Counted from the first letter of the stretch, positions 12,819 through 26,199 are shown. The stretch is 64,000 nt of DNA from Utricularia gibba (GCA_002189035.1 CM007990.1:1922001-1986000); one strand, 5' to 3'. A program made the numbers and translations. Notes: generated by a model not told the origin, from the letters alone.

Positions 12819-14669
12819 AGAAATTAACTGAAATGCTCATTTACTTGGATAGTTATCACGTTGTGGATGCTGGTTGGGCTTAATGGAATCTTTTTTTACT
12901 CCCAATTCATTGTTTTGCGAACATGCATCTGCCGTAATCTTGTAATCCTTATAGTATGGTGATCAAATATATACAGCTTCCTGCTTCTGTGGGTTCTTGT
13001 AAATGTTGTAGCGTAGGTTTCATAGTTTAAAAAGGGAATGATCATGATAGGCACGTTTTGTTTTCATCATCTAGTGTGCCTGTGCCTGCTGTGATTGTTA
13101 GGGACGTTCATCGCCGTTTCCTCTCTGACCTACAACAGCGCCGCCCATAACAACACCACCAGCTTGATAAACCTTTTTCGAATAACCATCAAAGTGGATC
13201 GTGATGCATGCAATTCAACTCTATGGCCAAGACCAGAAGATGCACTAGGTCAAACTGTTTTCGGTTCCAGCTGAAGCAGCCCGAAAGCGAATGAATGAAA
13301 ATGCCGCAGCTTTGCTCTCTTCCCATTCCTGGAATAGATTCATTCGGCCACCAAACAGGATCCTGGAGTTGCTGACTGTCTTACTCTTACTCTTATCATA
13401 CTCCTCATCCCTAAAAATGAAGGGCATGACATTTTCGAGGTCAATAGCCATGCCACATCATATAACAGAAATTGCATGCACACATAATTTGCTTCTCTAG
13501 AACATCATTGTTTAAGATGGCTGAGTGCCTTCTATAGTTCGCCGGTTTAAGATGGGTGGTGGTAAAGCCTAGGCTAGGCATCATCCATATCCAGTGATGG
13601 GTAAAATGAATGGAACCTTAGCATAACACGAAAAGAATGTGCATTGTGGCAACTAATCATTCATCCCCCGCGCAGCCAATGTAGATGGGCTCATCTTTCT
13701 GTGCTTGTGTTTCTGCTGATCAGCGTCGTCCCATGTTGGAAATGAGACCAATTATGCAGCAATCAAAACCACAAAACACACATGTCAGTAGCGTATGCAG
13801 AATTCACAAGGAAAAAGACTTACTGCGTGTCCTGTTTAATTCTTGGGTCAGCCTACTCATAACATCGACTTACATGATTTTCTCCGAGGCTCATCATGCA
13901 TTTGAGAATCACACAATGATGGTAGAGATGGTGACCTTCCAATTTCCATCTGTAACCGTGGAGGAATCATCACTGCTTCCTGCTCTGAATTTCAGACTAC
14001 AAGATTCGCTTTGTGGGGGAGAGCGGTCACCTGTCAAGGTCACATTACGATCTACACCAACAGACGTGCAATGTATGTGGTTTCCATAAGGAGCAGAATC
14101 AACAGGCATTATGAAGGGACACTTTCTAGAAACAGATGCCCCATCTATCCACATGGAGGATGATGCAGGGCATTAGTCGAGGCATTCAAAAGAACAATCG
14201 GAACAGAATAAACTTTCAACTCTCTCATTAAAAACAAGATAGGGTCATAGTCTTTTTTTTTTTATTAAGTGCAATGTCGAGATAAAATGCGTCTTACTTT
14301 GTGTGTAGCTTTAAAATTTCAATTTGGTGAATGAGAAGGACACTCCATTCCCTTTTAGTATTCTGAAATATTTTGATTTTCTACATTAGAGCACCTTATG
14401 GTGAGTGCGATAGACCAAAATGGTAACAATGATCATCATGCCAATGATTTTCTACTCCATTTGGAGCAGTTATTCTAATGACTTATGAACCAACACCAAC
14501 ATCAACCATTCGGCTAACCTCAATCTCTCAGACCCATCTACACGATCTGATGAGAAGGGACCAAGGGGTTTCCATCGATGACATCACCTGATGAAACATA
14601 CTTTCAGTGGTTAAATACACGTCGTGGGATAACAGTATCTAAGTAGCAACTGTACTAAATGCAGATATT

Positions 14670-15250
14670 CTTTTCTATGATGGCTCCCTACGGATGGAAG
14701 TGTTCTTGGAGTGGATTTCTGACACTGATAAATTCTTTGAATATGTGAAACATTCAGAAGATAATGACTTGTTTGAAAGGAGGGGGCTTCGCCTAGGTGG
14801 GAAAGAACCCAATATCGACCAGTAAGAGATGGAAGAGCACCAATATGAACTTGTAGACATGAAACAATTACTCATTGGGGAATTCTAACACCACACCCTC
14901 TTTTAGAAATATCATCAGTGTCACCATGGCTCTCAATTTGTTCAAGAATATATTGTGTAACTATTGTGATTTACATAGAGAAACAATTTATGAAAATTTG
15001 AAAAATTGCTTATTGCTACATATATCCATAGGCTCAACCAAAGCATTAAAGAAAGAATTGGAAGTCAGGTGATTCACGATGTTACTGAAGTCCATAATCT
15101 TGCTTTAAAAGCTGTGGTGGTAGAGAATGAGAGAAAAAAACATGTCAGAAAATCTCCAGTTCTACTAACAATAGTTTTGATTGTAATAAATCTCCAGAAT
15201 GAGTTCAAGGAAAGAAACGTTGGAAAAGAAACTGATGGGAGAGAATAAAA
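14670..15250 (+). mobile_element. Degenerate Ty3/gypsy (CRM-like) gag remnant
   Basis: Translations YDGSLRMEVFLEWISDTDKFFEY and YIHRLNQSIKERIGSQVIHDVTEVHNLALKA resemble chromovirus gag; multiple stops and frameshifts. Confidence 0.75.
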
Positions 15251-15723
15251 AGAAGAATCCATATGCAAAATGAGGTCGGTAAAATGCCATCTATGTTTCT
15301 AGAGAAGACACAAATTCAACAAATGCTCATAAATGTGAACCTCCAATTGACGAATCCTTCTATAGGAGCTCATCAAATGAGCATTCTTTTTCAGCCATAA
15401 AAGTCACCAATGGCGTTTTTGGAAATGATTGAAAAACCCCATTGAAGAGATGAAGAAAGATCCCAAGTTGTCAGAACCCATTTTCGGATCGTTTCGAGCT
15501 ATCCTAGGCCACAAAGAGTTTTGGACAAAAACTAATGAATTTCTAAGTACAAAAAAAAAAAATCCAAAAGAAGAAAAACAATGATAAGTACATATAAAGC
15601 AAAAGATGATGAAAATCGATTCTACAAGCATTTTGGTTATTTTACAAACCAAAACTCTATAAATAACTTTATCCTCCTTATTCTGATCCATCCTACACTC
15701 TCATTGAACCACATCTCCATGGG

Positions 15724-17100
15724 AAGTAATCTGGCTCGCGAAAAGTCCCATCCATTAACCCCAATCTACATGTCTCATCTATCTAAGTTTTTGAAGAAGT
15801 AAGTCACACGGTTATGGGATTTTTGACAACTTTTGCTCAGGTTCTTCCTCTCTTTCCATCTAACCTTCACTCTTTACTAGTTGTTAGGAAGGCCTTCAGC
15901 CAACTTGAATTGGGCGCTATTTTCAGGTTGTTCAAGTACATCGGGGTTAATTAAGCATTTAGTCTTCTGCAGAAAATATCTTTGTTAAATATTTCTATCT
16001 AAGAATTATTGATCAAATAACCTTATTTTATGTAGGTATTGACTAAATAACATGCTTTTTTATTATAAATAAAAAATGGTTAATTTTTATTTACGAAAAA
16101 TAATAATATAAAATTCAATATACATGATATATGTATATAAATATATATTTATTGAATTTTATATAACTAATATTTTGATTTACATTCTTATTTATACTAA
16201 AAAAATTATATTTAATTATCTAATTTTAAAAATATAACATAAATATCGATATGAATATTTCGTAATTATCTAAAAAATGTTTCATACTAAATTAATGAAA
16301 AAAAGATATAGAAATATTTATACAAATAATTATACCAAATGCTAATACAAATAAATCACAATCATGTATACGAGTATGGTTTAAGCATAACCTATGCTCA
16401 TATCATATACATATGGGCATTACCGCATGATGGAGGCATAAGGTATAATCATATTATTTTCCACATCCGTGCATATATGATATAGGCATAAGTTATGCTT
16501 TAATTGTGCACGTACACATGGGTGTAGTTTATTATATTAGTATTTAGTATAATGATTTTGTATAAATATTTCTATATCCTTTTATATTACTTTAGAATGA
16601 AACATTTTTTGGATAATTACGAAATATTCATATCGATATTTATGTTATATTTTTAAAATTAGATAATTAAATGTATCTATTTTTAGTATAATAAAATCAA
16701 AATATTAGTTATATAAAATTAATATATATGTATACATATATAATATATTTAATTTATGTTATATTTTTTCATTAATAAAAATTAACTTTTTTATTTATGA
16801 TAAAAGTCAAGCTATTTGGTTAATGCCTACAAAAATAGGGCTATTTAGATGCAAAATTACCTGTAAGAATGTTGTGTGGTTGAATTGTTGATGCAAGTTC
16901 ACTCATTTCCATTTTTGGTCTTGTACTTCTTGGGTGTTTTAGGGATATTTGCTTCTTGAAAATATTTCCCAAGCTTTGTTTTCAAACAAGAATAAATTTT
17001 TGTTTTATTTTCGTTCAATTTGTACTTCTTTGATTGTTCTGCCCAAGAATTCATTTGCGAAGACACGCTTTGTACATTTTGTTACTCATAGCCTGCATCA
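15724..17100 (+). repeat. Upstream LTR copy of the CRM-type element, split by a ~0.9 kb insertion
   Basis: 15724-15945 and 16868-17100 align collinearly with 25024-25469 (ttaacccc..catgtctca, ggttatgggatttttga, ttcttgaaaa, ttgttactc..gcctgcatca). The left boundary is approximate. Confidence 0.75.
16003..16861. mobile_element. Foldback / Mutator-like non-autonomous element inserted in the upstream LTR
   Basis: Arms of about 400 bp are reverse complements. For example 16211-16290 (tttaattatctaattttaaaaatataacataaatatcgatatgaatatttcgtaattatc) pairs almost perfectly with 16591-16671. No 9-bp TSD was found. Confidence 0.75.
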
Positions 17101-17329
17101 TTTTGTTCAATTTGGTGCTAGAAGGAAGACCCTTGAAATTTCAATGGCAGGCATAAGGAGTCAATTGCAAGGCCTCAAGCAAGGAACTAAATCTATTGAA
17201 GAACATACTAAGGATTTCTATCAACTAATGGCTCGAGTTGATTTGCAAGAGACAAAGGAGCAATTATTAGGAAGGTATATTTCTATATTGAGAATACCTA
17301 TTTAGGAAGTATTAAATATGTTTGATCCA

Positions 17330-18717
17330 TGATAACACACGAATTTTCCTTTTTTTATGATACGAGAATTGTAACTTTTTTATTATATTTTAAGTATTTA
17401 TTTCATTATTTTAAATGTTTTTTTCAAATTTAGGAATAAATATAATTTTGTGTGCATATGGGCTAAATCCTTTGATTTAGTCCATTTTATTTTATTAACT
17501 CTTTTTTAGCATAGCAGCAAGGTCTTAAAATCAGGTAAGAGCAAGATATAAATTTCGTGTAGCAATTATTTAGCAAGAGACAACATAAAAAAAGAGGGAC
17601 AATGAGTATAACTTTTATTGCAGTAGTCTGTAGGTTCAGACCAAAAATAGTATGAGTGTCAAGAACATTACCCACATTGGAAAAATAGAGAGTAAGATAT
17701 TTTTTGAGGAGAGAGAAACCGAAAGAGGAGAGCTTCATTAGAAGCTTTTCGAGAGGCTTCAACAAAATGAACCATAAGCAAGAAGAAGATGCTTTTTCAG
17801 AAGAAAAGTCTCCAATGTGAAGAACAAATATCAAAACCAGTTCAACACTACTGTTCCGGATTGTGAATAGTAGCAGACGGGAAACAGAACCATTTTACTT
17901 AGTTTTTAAATTTCTAGATATTTAGTCCTTGTGATTGATTATCTTACGAAATTTATGTTATTTTCGTTACTTTATCTAATTGATATTGTGCATTACCTAT
18001 CACTTATGAGTAGTTAGACTTTAGGAATGCCTTAAGGTGTAAAATAATGATATGGTTTAGGATGGCTAAGTAATTTATGATTTTGTACATTAGCTTTCAT
18101 TTCTATCATTTCTGGAGTAAACCCAAGGGAGGGAATGAGTAGCATTGCAACTCAAACGCTTGATTTAGAAGTAAACCAACAAATTAAAATGAGGATAGTA
18201 TGTATTAGTCTTTGATAGAACCAATAGAGTCAGATAGACTTAGTTTTGTATATATTGCACATGAGTAGATCTAATTATGGAATGGATGATGATATTAGGA
18301 GATATCTTAACCAAAAACATGAGAAATAACTTAGATAGACTTAGCTTCTTTGGAGTTTTGCATATAGAAATATTGTAGATTACATTAAGTACTTTTGTAC
18401 TATATTACCTAGACCACTTGAGGCATCATAGTATTACATTGTGTATAAAATCTATATTTGTTACTTTCTGCATTGTGATTCGATTTTATTTACTGAATTT
18501 GCATACCGTTGTTAGTTTGAGTTTAAACTAAGAGCAACATTTATTCTATGATCTTGCATTTGAGAAAACACACAGCAAGCACTTGCTTCTTGATCGACCT
18601 CAAAATTCCACTTTATATCTTGTATTTATTTTATATTTCATAAAAATTAAGGCTTATAAATTTATATAATACGAAAATTCTATTTTTACAACAACATTAG
18701 AAAATTTTCGTTTATCA
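17330..18717 (+). mobile_element. Solo LTR (~1.39 kb, probably Ty3/gypsy Athila/Tat-like) inserted in CRM gag
   Basis: Termini TGATAAC...TTTATCA. 5-bp flanks atcca (17325-29) / atcta (18718-22). The gag frame (LNMFD|..VFEAYQTALMIEKQ) resumes after it. Confidence 0.8.
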
Positions 18718-18836
18718 ATCTACTTCTAGTATTTGAAGCATATCAAACAGCACTCATGATTGAGAAGCAAGGCAAGCATACATTGATGACTATGGGAAGC
18801 TCTAGTTCCACCACCTCTAAAAAACCACAATCCACT

Positions 18837-20185
18837 TGATGTGTGTCATTTCCACAACAAATTTTAATATTTTTAAAACTCGTAAAACACCAAAGCGTAG
18901 TACGGGTGTCGAACACAGGGAATTGTTTTTGAGTGAAAGGTGAGGCACCCCGAATACAACTGTCACGATTTGTAAACGGTTTTGAAGGTAAAAGGTGCGA
19001 GAAACGTTGATGATGAAGCTTGAGTAAAGGAAAGAGAGGGGTTTTGAGCAAACAACTAAAATGAACGTAAGCGATGAACCTTAAATAAAGTAAATGTTCC
19101 TGGGTTTGGAATCCTGTCCAGCTATGTTCGTCGTGTCTTCACTCTTCTCTGGTCCTCTCGAGTACTCAGTTATAGGAGTAAGGAATTGCCTACCCTCCCT
19201 TACACTCTCTTGCAAGAAGGCACGGGAATAGCCCGATGTTACTCCCCTTGGACGAACGTGAGAATAAGAGGTCCAGCCAGCGTATCCTCATGGCCGAATT
19301 GCGCGCGTGTGCCCGAGTATTGCCAATGACCCAATGAGTCCAGATACGAGGTCACTACCTGTCCATTGATCCTGAGGTACGGCCACAGACAAAACGTTGT
19401 TTTCCTCTTGCCAAAAGGGCTCGAGTTGGTGCTTTCCACTTTGCTCCTCTCCAAAATCCGCGGGTAGTGATCAGCTAACCATGAATCTTGAATAAGAGGA
19501 CTGTTACAGAAAGACTGCAACATAGTCGCGCGAAGACATACGAAACCTATTCGAATTCAGAGAAAATGTGAAGATAAGCTAACGATACATAGATTTGGGG
19601 GTGTTCCAACCCAAAAACGTAAGTTTCTAGCTGCGAACGGCCATACAAACTAAAGGAAACGCAAACAAGGTTCTAGAGAGAAGCTAGAGGAAAAATCCTC
19701 TAGAGAGAGAAAACAAAAGGGAAAACTAAACTGAAGTTAAAACTAAACTTGTCTGAACATAACTGAACTTCATTGAGAGTATGAGCTTTCATGTCCTTGT
19801 GATTCTGCTGAACTTGGGATGACTTGCAAGCAACGTCTGACACTAGTACGCTAATGATGCCGCCTGTTAGAAACTCTCGTGTTCCGCACGTCAAGGCTCA
19901 TGATTAGGGGTCTGCAGTCTTCCGAAAATCAAGGGAATGTCGGTTCGGGAAAATCCAATTTGTCGCCATCTGATACCCTCTTTCTCTCACTTCCTGCCAC
20001 GTGTGTGCCTCTAGAAAAACTCAATTAAAACCATTAAAATTAATAGATAAAATACAAGATTTAAGATAATTACCCTAAACTAGATAAAAACCTAAATCTC
20101 ATATTATAGACTCTTAATTAGACAGTCCTAATCATAATTAAGCATAAAAACAACCTAAGAATTAGTAATAAAATGACACTTAACA
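18837..20185 (-). mobile_element. Solo LTR (~1.35 kb, reverse orientation) inserted in CRM gag
   Basis: Plus-strand termini TGATG...TAACA. Flanks ccact (18832-36) / ccacc (20186-90). The motif gtagtacgggtgtcgaacacagggaa near one end is typical of the U5 end of large gypsy LTRs read in reverse, which sets the orientation (inferred). Confidence 0.8.
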
Positions 20186-21496
20186 CCACCTCTTCAAACT
20201 TGACTCCATATCCTCATGTCTCTAACTCAATAGCAACCAAGAAGGCTGTCTATTCCCTAAAATGCTTCATTTGTGAAGAGTTAGATCATAGGCAAGCAAG
20301 TTGTTTATGAATACTTTTGCTAAAAATACCAACCTTCAAGAAGAAGAAGTCAAGGGAGATGTGGGATCCTCCTGTGGCCAGGTGTTTTTGTTTGGCTCCA
20401 ATGACAGAGGATTTAGATAGATGGTTGTGAAAGAATATTTTTCAGACCATTTTTGCGGTGAAAGGAAAGATATGTATAAACTTGTTATTGATGGGGGAAG
20501 CTGTGGTAATTTTATATCTAAAGAAGTAGTGACTAAATTAACATTGGAGACGAGAGTCCTTAACAAGCCATATCAACTCACTTGGTTGGACAAGGAAAAT
20601 TGTTGAGTGAGTAAGCGATCTTTAGTGAACTTTTTCATGGGAAATGTATATAAAGATGAACTTTGGTGTGTTGTGGTAGTTATGGATGCATGTCATATCC
20701 TCCTCAGATGCCCCTTACAATATGATCAAGAGACTATTCATTGTGAAAAAAAGAATACTTATACATTTGTCTTCAAGGGAACTAAGATTGTTCCTATTCC
20801 TAACCAATCTCCCAAATAGGATGCTCAAGTTGCGATCAATATGTTTACTTGTGCTCAACTCCATCATAAATTACAAGCTAAAGTTGTTTTTCTTGTAGTA
20901 GGGAAAGATTTATCAGAGACGATGATGGTTTTGACACTTGAGGCTCACGAGCTTGTCAAAGACTTCAATGTCATCTTTCCAGAAGAGTTGCTAGAGGGGC
21001 TGTCACCACTATGAGATATCAAACACAAGATCAATTTGAAGCATGGTGCAGATCTCCCAAACAAACCCCATAATAGGATAAGCTCAAGCGAACATCTTGA
21101 ATTAAGATGTCAAGTGGAGAATCTTTTGAGAAAGGTACTTTATCCAAATGCACTAGAACCCAAGGTCATAGGAATGCTTAGAAAAACAATAGCAAACAAA
21201 CACATAAATTAGGACACACGACAATGCTACCACAATGGCTACTGTAAGTACACTTCAACTGCTGATCACATAGCCTCAAAACAAGAGAGCAAATCAATGG
21301 AAGTACTCTTCCTTGATCCCTCTATCAGGATACTCAAAAGAAGGAGAAATACTAAATTCTCAAAAGCAAGAAAAGACCGCCTATTCCATGTGCTTCTTTA
21401 GGTTACATCAATTTCCATGGGCTTCATTTTTGGGCTGGTTCCAGAACCATGGCCCATATCATTCTCACAAATTTTGGTGCCAAAAAAGGAGGGTAT

Positions 21497-22715
21497 TGAT
21501 GAGCGTTGGAATGAGTTACTAAATGTCGTAGTTTAGCACATTCAACGCATCAAAAGAAATTTATAAACTTAGTTATTCTACTAAACAAATCAATTGAATT
21601 AATGTAGTGTGACAAGTAAGGGTCGAATCCACATGGAATGGTTGTAATTTCTTGAAGTTCATTGCATTTACTGAAAACAGGGGGGTTTTCTGGGTTTAAT
21701 TCTAACGTGGTAAGATCTAAAATAATAGTAGTTGGAATAAACGAGTTGCAGGGGTGAAAAGGGATTAAAATTAACGTGAAGGTGCAGAAAACATAAAATA
21801 AAAGTAATTTGGCTGTGTTTTACACCAAGGTCTGGCTCTTGTGTCACTCAAGAGAGCCCATAGGCTTAAACCCAGCTTTGGAATGCTTAAAAACAAAGAA
21901 ATAGTTTGCAGAAACAGAGCATGGCTCGCAGGAACAGTAAAAGCGCATTAAACTTAAAGGCAAACATGATATGCTTAATCAAGAACATGGTTAAACGCAG
22001 AAATAAGGTCTACAGAGGATTTATCATTCACAACAAGGTGCAAGAACATAATAGAAAGCATGTAAACGTTGAAGGAAACAGCAGTTAGTTGTCAACGAAA
22101 TAGAAGTGCAGAAAATAGAAAATGAAGTGTCTAGCGGTTGCTCTCAGCTATAGATCTGCTGGAAATCAAGTTTCTGGGCGGAAAGACGGTGTAAACTCGT
22201 AGATCTGGAGGTTACCGAAGATGTTCGCCGGAGAAACGAAGTTCTCCTTGCTCCCGCTCGCTCCTGTTCGCTTTCTGTGCACTCTGCGTGCACAGTGTAA
22301 TCTTTTTTCTCTCTCCCTTCCTTTTTCCCTTTTGCTTCTCAAAAGTAAGGGCAGCTTGGTCTTTTCCTCAAGCTTCTAGAAGGGAGATCCTTGCTCCATA
22401 TCTTATCTCTTCAGAAGGACGGCTACTTTCGGCGGAAAATGGCTTTTGCACAGCTTTTCTATCTCTTCTGACTCGTCAACGCGGAAAGTGCGCTGCTACA
22501 GTACTAGCTCTTACCCTAGTAAGACTTAAAACACAGACTAGACGAAATATTAGAATTTTCGGCTCAATTGTTGCCAATTGAGCCTGTTTTCACAATAAAC
22601 ATATCTCAACAGTCTAAATATGCAAAAGAAGACATTTTAGCACCCTAAGCAACATTTAACCCTACAAAACACACTTAAAAACATATATAAAAACACAATT
22701 AAAACGGTGTTATCA
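21497..22715 (-). mobile_element. Solo LTR (~1.22 kb, reverse orientation) inserted in CRM reverse transcriptase
   Basis: Plus-strand termini TGATG...GTTATCA (reverse start TGATAACAC, same as the 17330 LTR). Flanks ggtat (21492-96) / agtat (22716-20). Removing it restores ILVPKKEGIWHMCVD. Confidence 0.82.
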
Positions 22716-25023
22716 AGTATTTGGCATATGTGTGTGGATACCAAAGTCATTAACAAGATGATTGTTCATTATCATTATCCTATCTCTCGGTTGGATGATT
22801 TGTTAGATCAAATTTTTGGAGCAAAAATCTTTACTAAATTGATCTGAAAAGTGGCTATAACCATATCCGTATTCAGCCTAGAGATGAGAGGAAGATAGTG
22901 TTTCAAACTCAAGAGGGGTTATTCGAATGGCTTGTGATGCTTTTTGGTTTGATCAATGCATCAAGTACATTTATGCGAGTGATGAATCAGCTCCTTCAAC
23001 CTTTTATTGGGCGATGCTTAATTGTTTGTTTGGATGATATCATTATCTATAGTCCTAAGTCCTAATAAGGATACTCACATGCAAAATTTTCAAGAGGTCC
23101 TAACACCGTCGCAACGAGAACAATTCTATGCAGCTTGTAGCAAATGTCTATTCTTTGTGTCGAGAGTGTCATTACTTGGCTATATTATCTCAAATCAAAG
23201 ATTAGAGATAGATCTTACCAATGTGGCTATTATACGAGCTTGGTCTCAGCTCACTTCTATTACAAAGGTATGAAATTTTCATGAACTAGCATTGTTTTAT
23301 CGATGTTTCATTCCCCAATTTAGCTTTAGGATGGCTCCATTGATGGAGTGCCTCAAAAGAGTAGCTTTTGAGTGCACTTATAAAACTGAGGATGCTTTCA
23401 ATGGTATCAAGAAAGTATTGACGACACTGCCCATACTTGTTCTATCTAAATTTTTGAAGCTCTTTGAATTGCATTGTGATGCCTTTGAGATGAGAGTAGA
23501 GGTAGTATTAAGTCAAGGTAGCCATACTGCCGCTTATTTTAGTGAAAAGCTTGTTGTTAGTAAGTTGAATTATAACACTTATGAGAGGAAATGATATGCT
23601 CTTATCAAAGCCATAAAGTATTGGATACACTATTTGTTTAATCAAGACTTTGTTTTATGGATGAATCATAATTCACTATGACATTTACAAACATAGAAAA
23701 AAAAATTCAACTTGACATGCTAAGTGTATCTCTTTTTTTCAATCTCACTTTTACTATTAAACATAAGACAAGCCCATCTAATAGAGTGGTTGATATTTTA
23801 AATTGTCGGAGGGCTTGTTTGAGTACCTTTCAAGTACAAGTTGTGGGTTATGAGGAGCTTTCATAGCTCTACTTTATTGATCGTTTTTTCACACTGATTG
23901 TTAAATATCTGGAAGAAGGATAGTCTGATTTGAATGCTTTACAAGATGGCTTTCTTTTCAAGGGCACATCCTTGTACATTCTTAAGTCTAGCCTTCGATT
24001 AAAGTTAATTCAAGATATCTATCATAAAGGGCATATGGGATGAGATCGCACTCTAAAATTACTACAAGAATCATATTTTTGACCCCATCAGGTGCGAGTG
24101 GTTTCTCGATTTATTGAACAATGTCAGGTATGTCAATGCTCTAAAGAAGGTTTTCTAACATTGGATTATATTTTCCCTTACCCATTACCAGAAAATCCTT
24201 GGTGTGATCTTACTATGGATTTCATCCTAGGATCGCCTCAAACACCTTGATGATTTGATTCAATCATAGTAGTTGTAGATTTTTTTTTCCAAGATAGCAC
24301 ACTTTGTTGTATGCAAGAAAACCATTGATATTAGTTTAATTACGCAACTATTTTTTTTTTGTGAGGTTTATTGTTTGCATGGACTTCCCTCCACTATTGT
24401 CAGTGATCAAGATACTTCATTAATCACTCTAGCAAAACTTGTGTATGTTAGTTAATACTACCTTAATTTTAGCACTGCTTATCATCCAAAGACTTATGAC
24501 TAAACTAAAGCCATTAATCAATCATTGAGCAATCTTTTATGCTTCCTAGTTTAGAGCCAACATCTATCATGGGATATTCTTTTGAGCTAGGAAAAATGTG
24601 GTTGCAATCATAGTGTTAATCGAAGTGTAGGGTTCAGTTCCTTTCAAATTGCCTATGCATCTCAATCATGAGCACTCACATCCTTGTCTCCAGTGGTTGA
24701 TGTTCAAAAATTTCATAGCAAGGCTAAAGATTTTGTGAAGTTTTACAACAAATCTACCAACAAGTAAAGGGTTATTTGGAGAATGCTAAGGCCACAACTA
24801 ATATTCATCATCATCTTCAAGAATTTCATGTCATTGACCTCTACCATAACTTGGCAAGCAAAAAAATTGGTTCTTGTGAGACCAAGATTAATTCTAATAC
24901 ATACAAGGTGAAATTATCCCCTAGATTTTCTTACTCCAAATGTCTTCAATGTTCGCCACCTATTTCCTTATTTGGATCCATAGCTACCTATAAATTCAGG
25001 GATGAATTCTTCTACCCTGGAGG

Positions 25024-25469
25024 TGATGAGGCAGCACACGAAGATGGCTCATCTGTTAACCCCAGCCCGCATGTCTCACCAATTATGTTTTTGAAGGAGA
25101 AAGCCACAAAGGTTATGGGATTTTTGATACCTTTTATTCAAGTTCTTCCTTTCTTTCCATCTAGCCTTCATTCCTTATTGATTATTGATTAGAGCTTGAG
25201 CTAACTTGGATTGAGCGTCCTTACCAAGTTGTCCAAGAGCGTTGTGTCGTTGAATTACTATTGCAAGTTCAGTTTTTTCCATTTTGTGTCTAATTCTTCT
25301 TAGGTGTTTTTGGGATTTTTGTTTCTTGAAAACACTGCCCAAACTTTTTTTCAAACAACAATGAATTTTTGTTTTATTTTTGTTCAATTTGCACTTTTTT
25401 AAGTATTTGGCTTGAGAATTCATTTGTAAAGACATGTTGTGTGCATTTTGTTACTCTAAGCCTGCATCA
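25024..25469 (+). repeat. 3' LTR of the CRM-type element
   Basis: Starts TGATG inside the integrase tail (N-S-G-M-N-F-F-Y-P-G-G-D-E-A, resembling the CRM end motif) and ends CATCA; homologous to the upstream LTR. Confidence 0.8.
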
Positions 25470-26199
25470 AGAGGTCGACAAAATCGGACATTGTACCTTG
25501 ACCTTTCCCTCAACACATCCTTATCCACACTAAACTACTTGAAACCATCATGGAATATAAGTCGGCATGTGGACCCTTTGAACTCCTCCTTGAACTATCT
25601 AAATAGGAAGATTGGTTTGATCATCCATATTTAGTTGAAACTATTGAAGTTGAAATAGAAAAGATTTGAACCAAACAAAGAAAATCTTAGTTTGGACATT
25701 TCTTTAGTCACCTTAAAACAAAAAAACTTGATGAATTGATTGTTGACTCTCAACCTTGAGTTGGGACTTGAGACTTCAAAATGTCAAAGATGGTCACAAG
25801 AATGATAATTCTAAAAACATTTATAAAAAAAATCTAAGGAACACCTCTAACCATACTCCTCTCTAAGTTCAATATGACTCACATTTAAAAAATGCTCTAG
25901 AAAAATTGAGCAATGTCTCAGATCAAACTACAACATGAATTCAAAATTGATCACATTTTAAATTGTCTTGAAGAGCCCAAGTAATACCTCGGGCCAAGCT
26001 CCTCCCATGAATCCATGCGACTAACACCCAAAAATTCCATATGAAGCCCAAGCAATATCACAAGTCAAACTTCTCCATGAGACCAACATGGTTTACAACA
26101 AATTTCACAAAAGCTCCTCTTTCATGAGACCATCCTCATCAAAATTTTTCCGGAAATAAAACAAAGACACCTTCATGGTTAAAATAACCAATTTTCCAT

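Larger units (their letters stand above)
15724..25469 (+). mobile_element. Decayed CRM-type Ty3/gypsy retrotransposon with nested insertions
   Basis: Domain order gag (QLQGLKQGTKSIEEHTKDFYQLMAR, 17157-), zinc knuckle CFICEELDHRQASC (~20265), protease LVIDGGSCGNFIS (~20480), RT (ILVPKKEG|IWHMCVD, RLDDLLDQ), RNase H (FELHCDA, VLSQ), integrase (~23950-24700). Flanked by two related LTR copies ending gcctgcatca. Confidence 0.88.
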
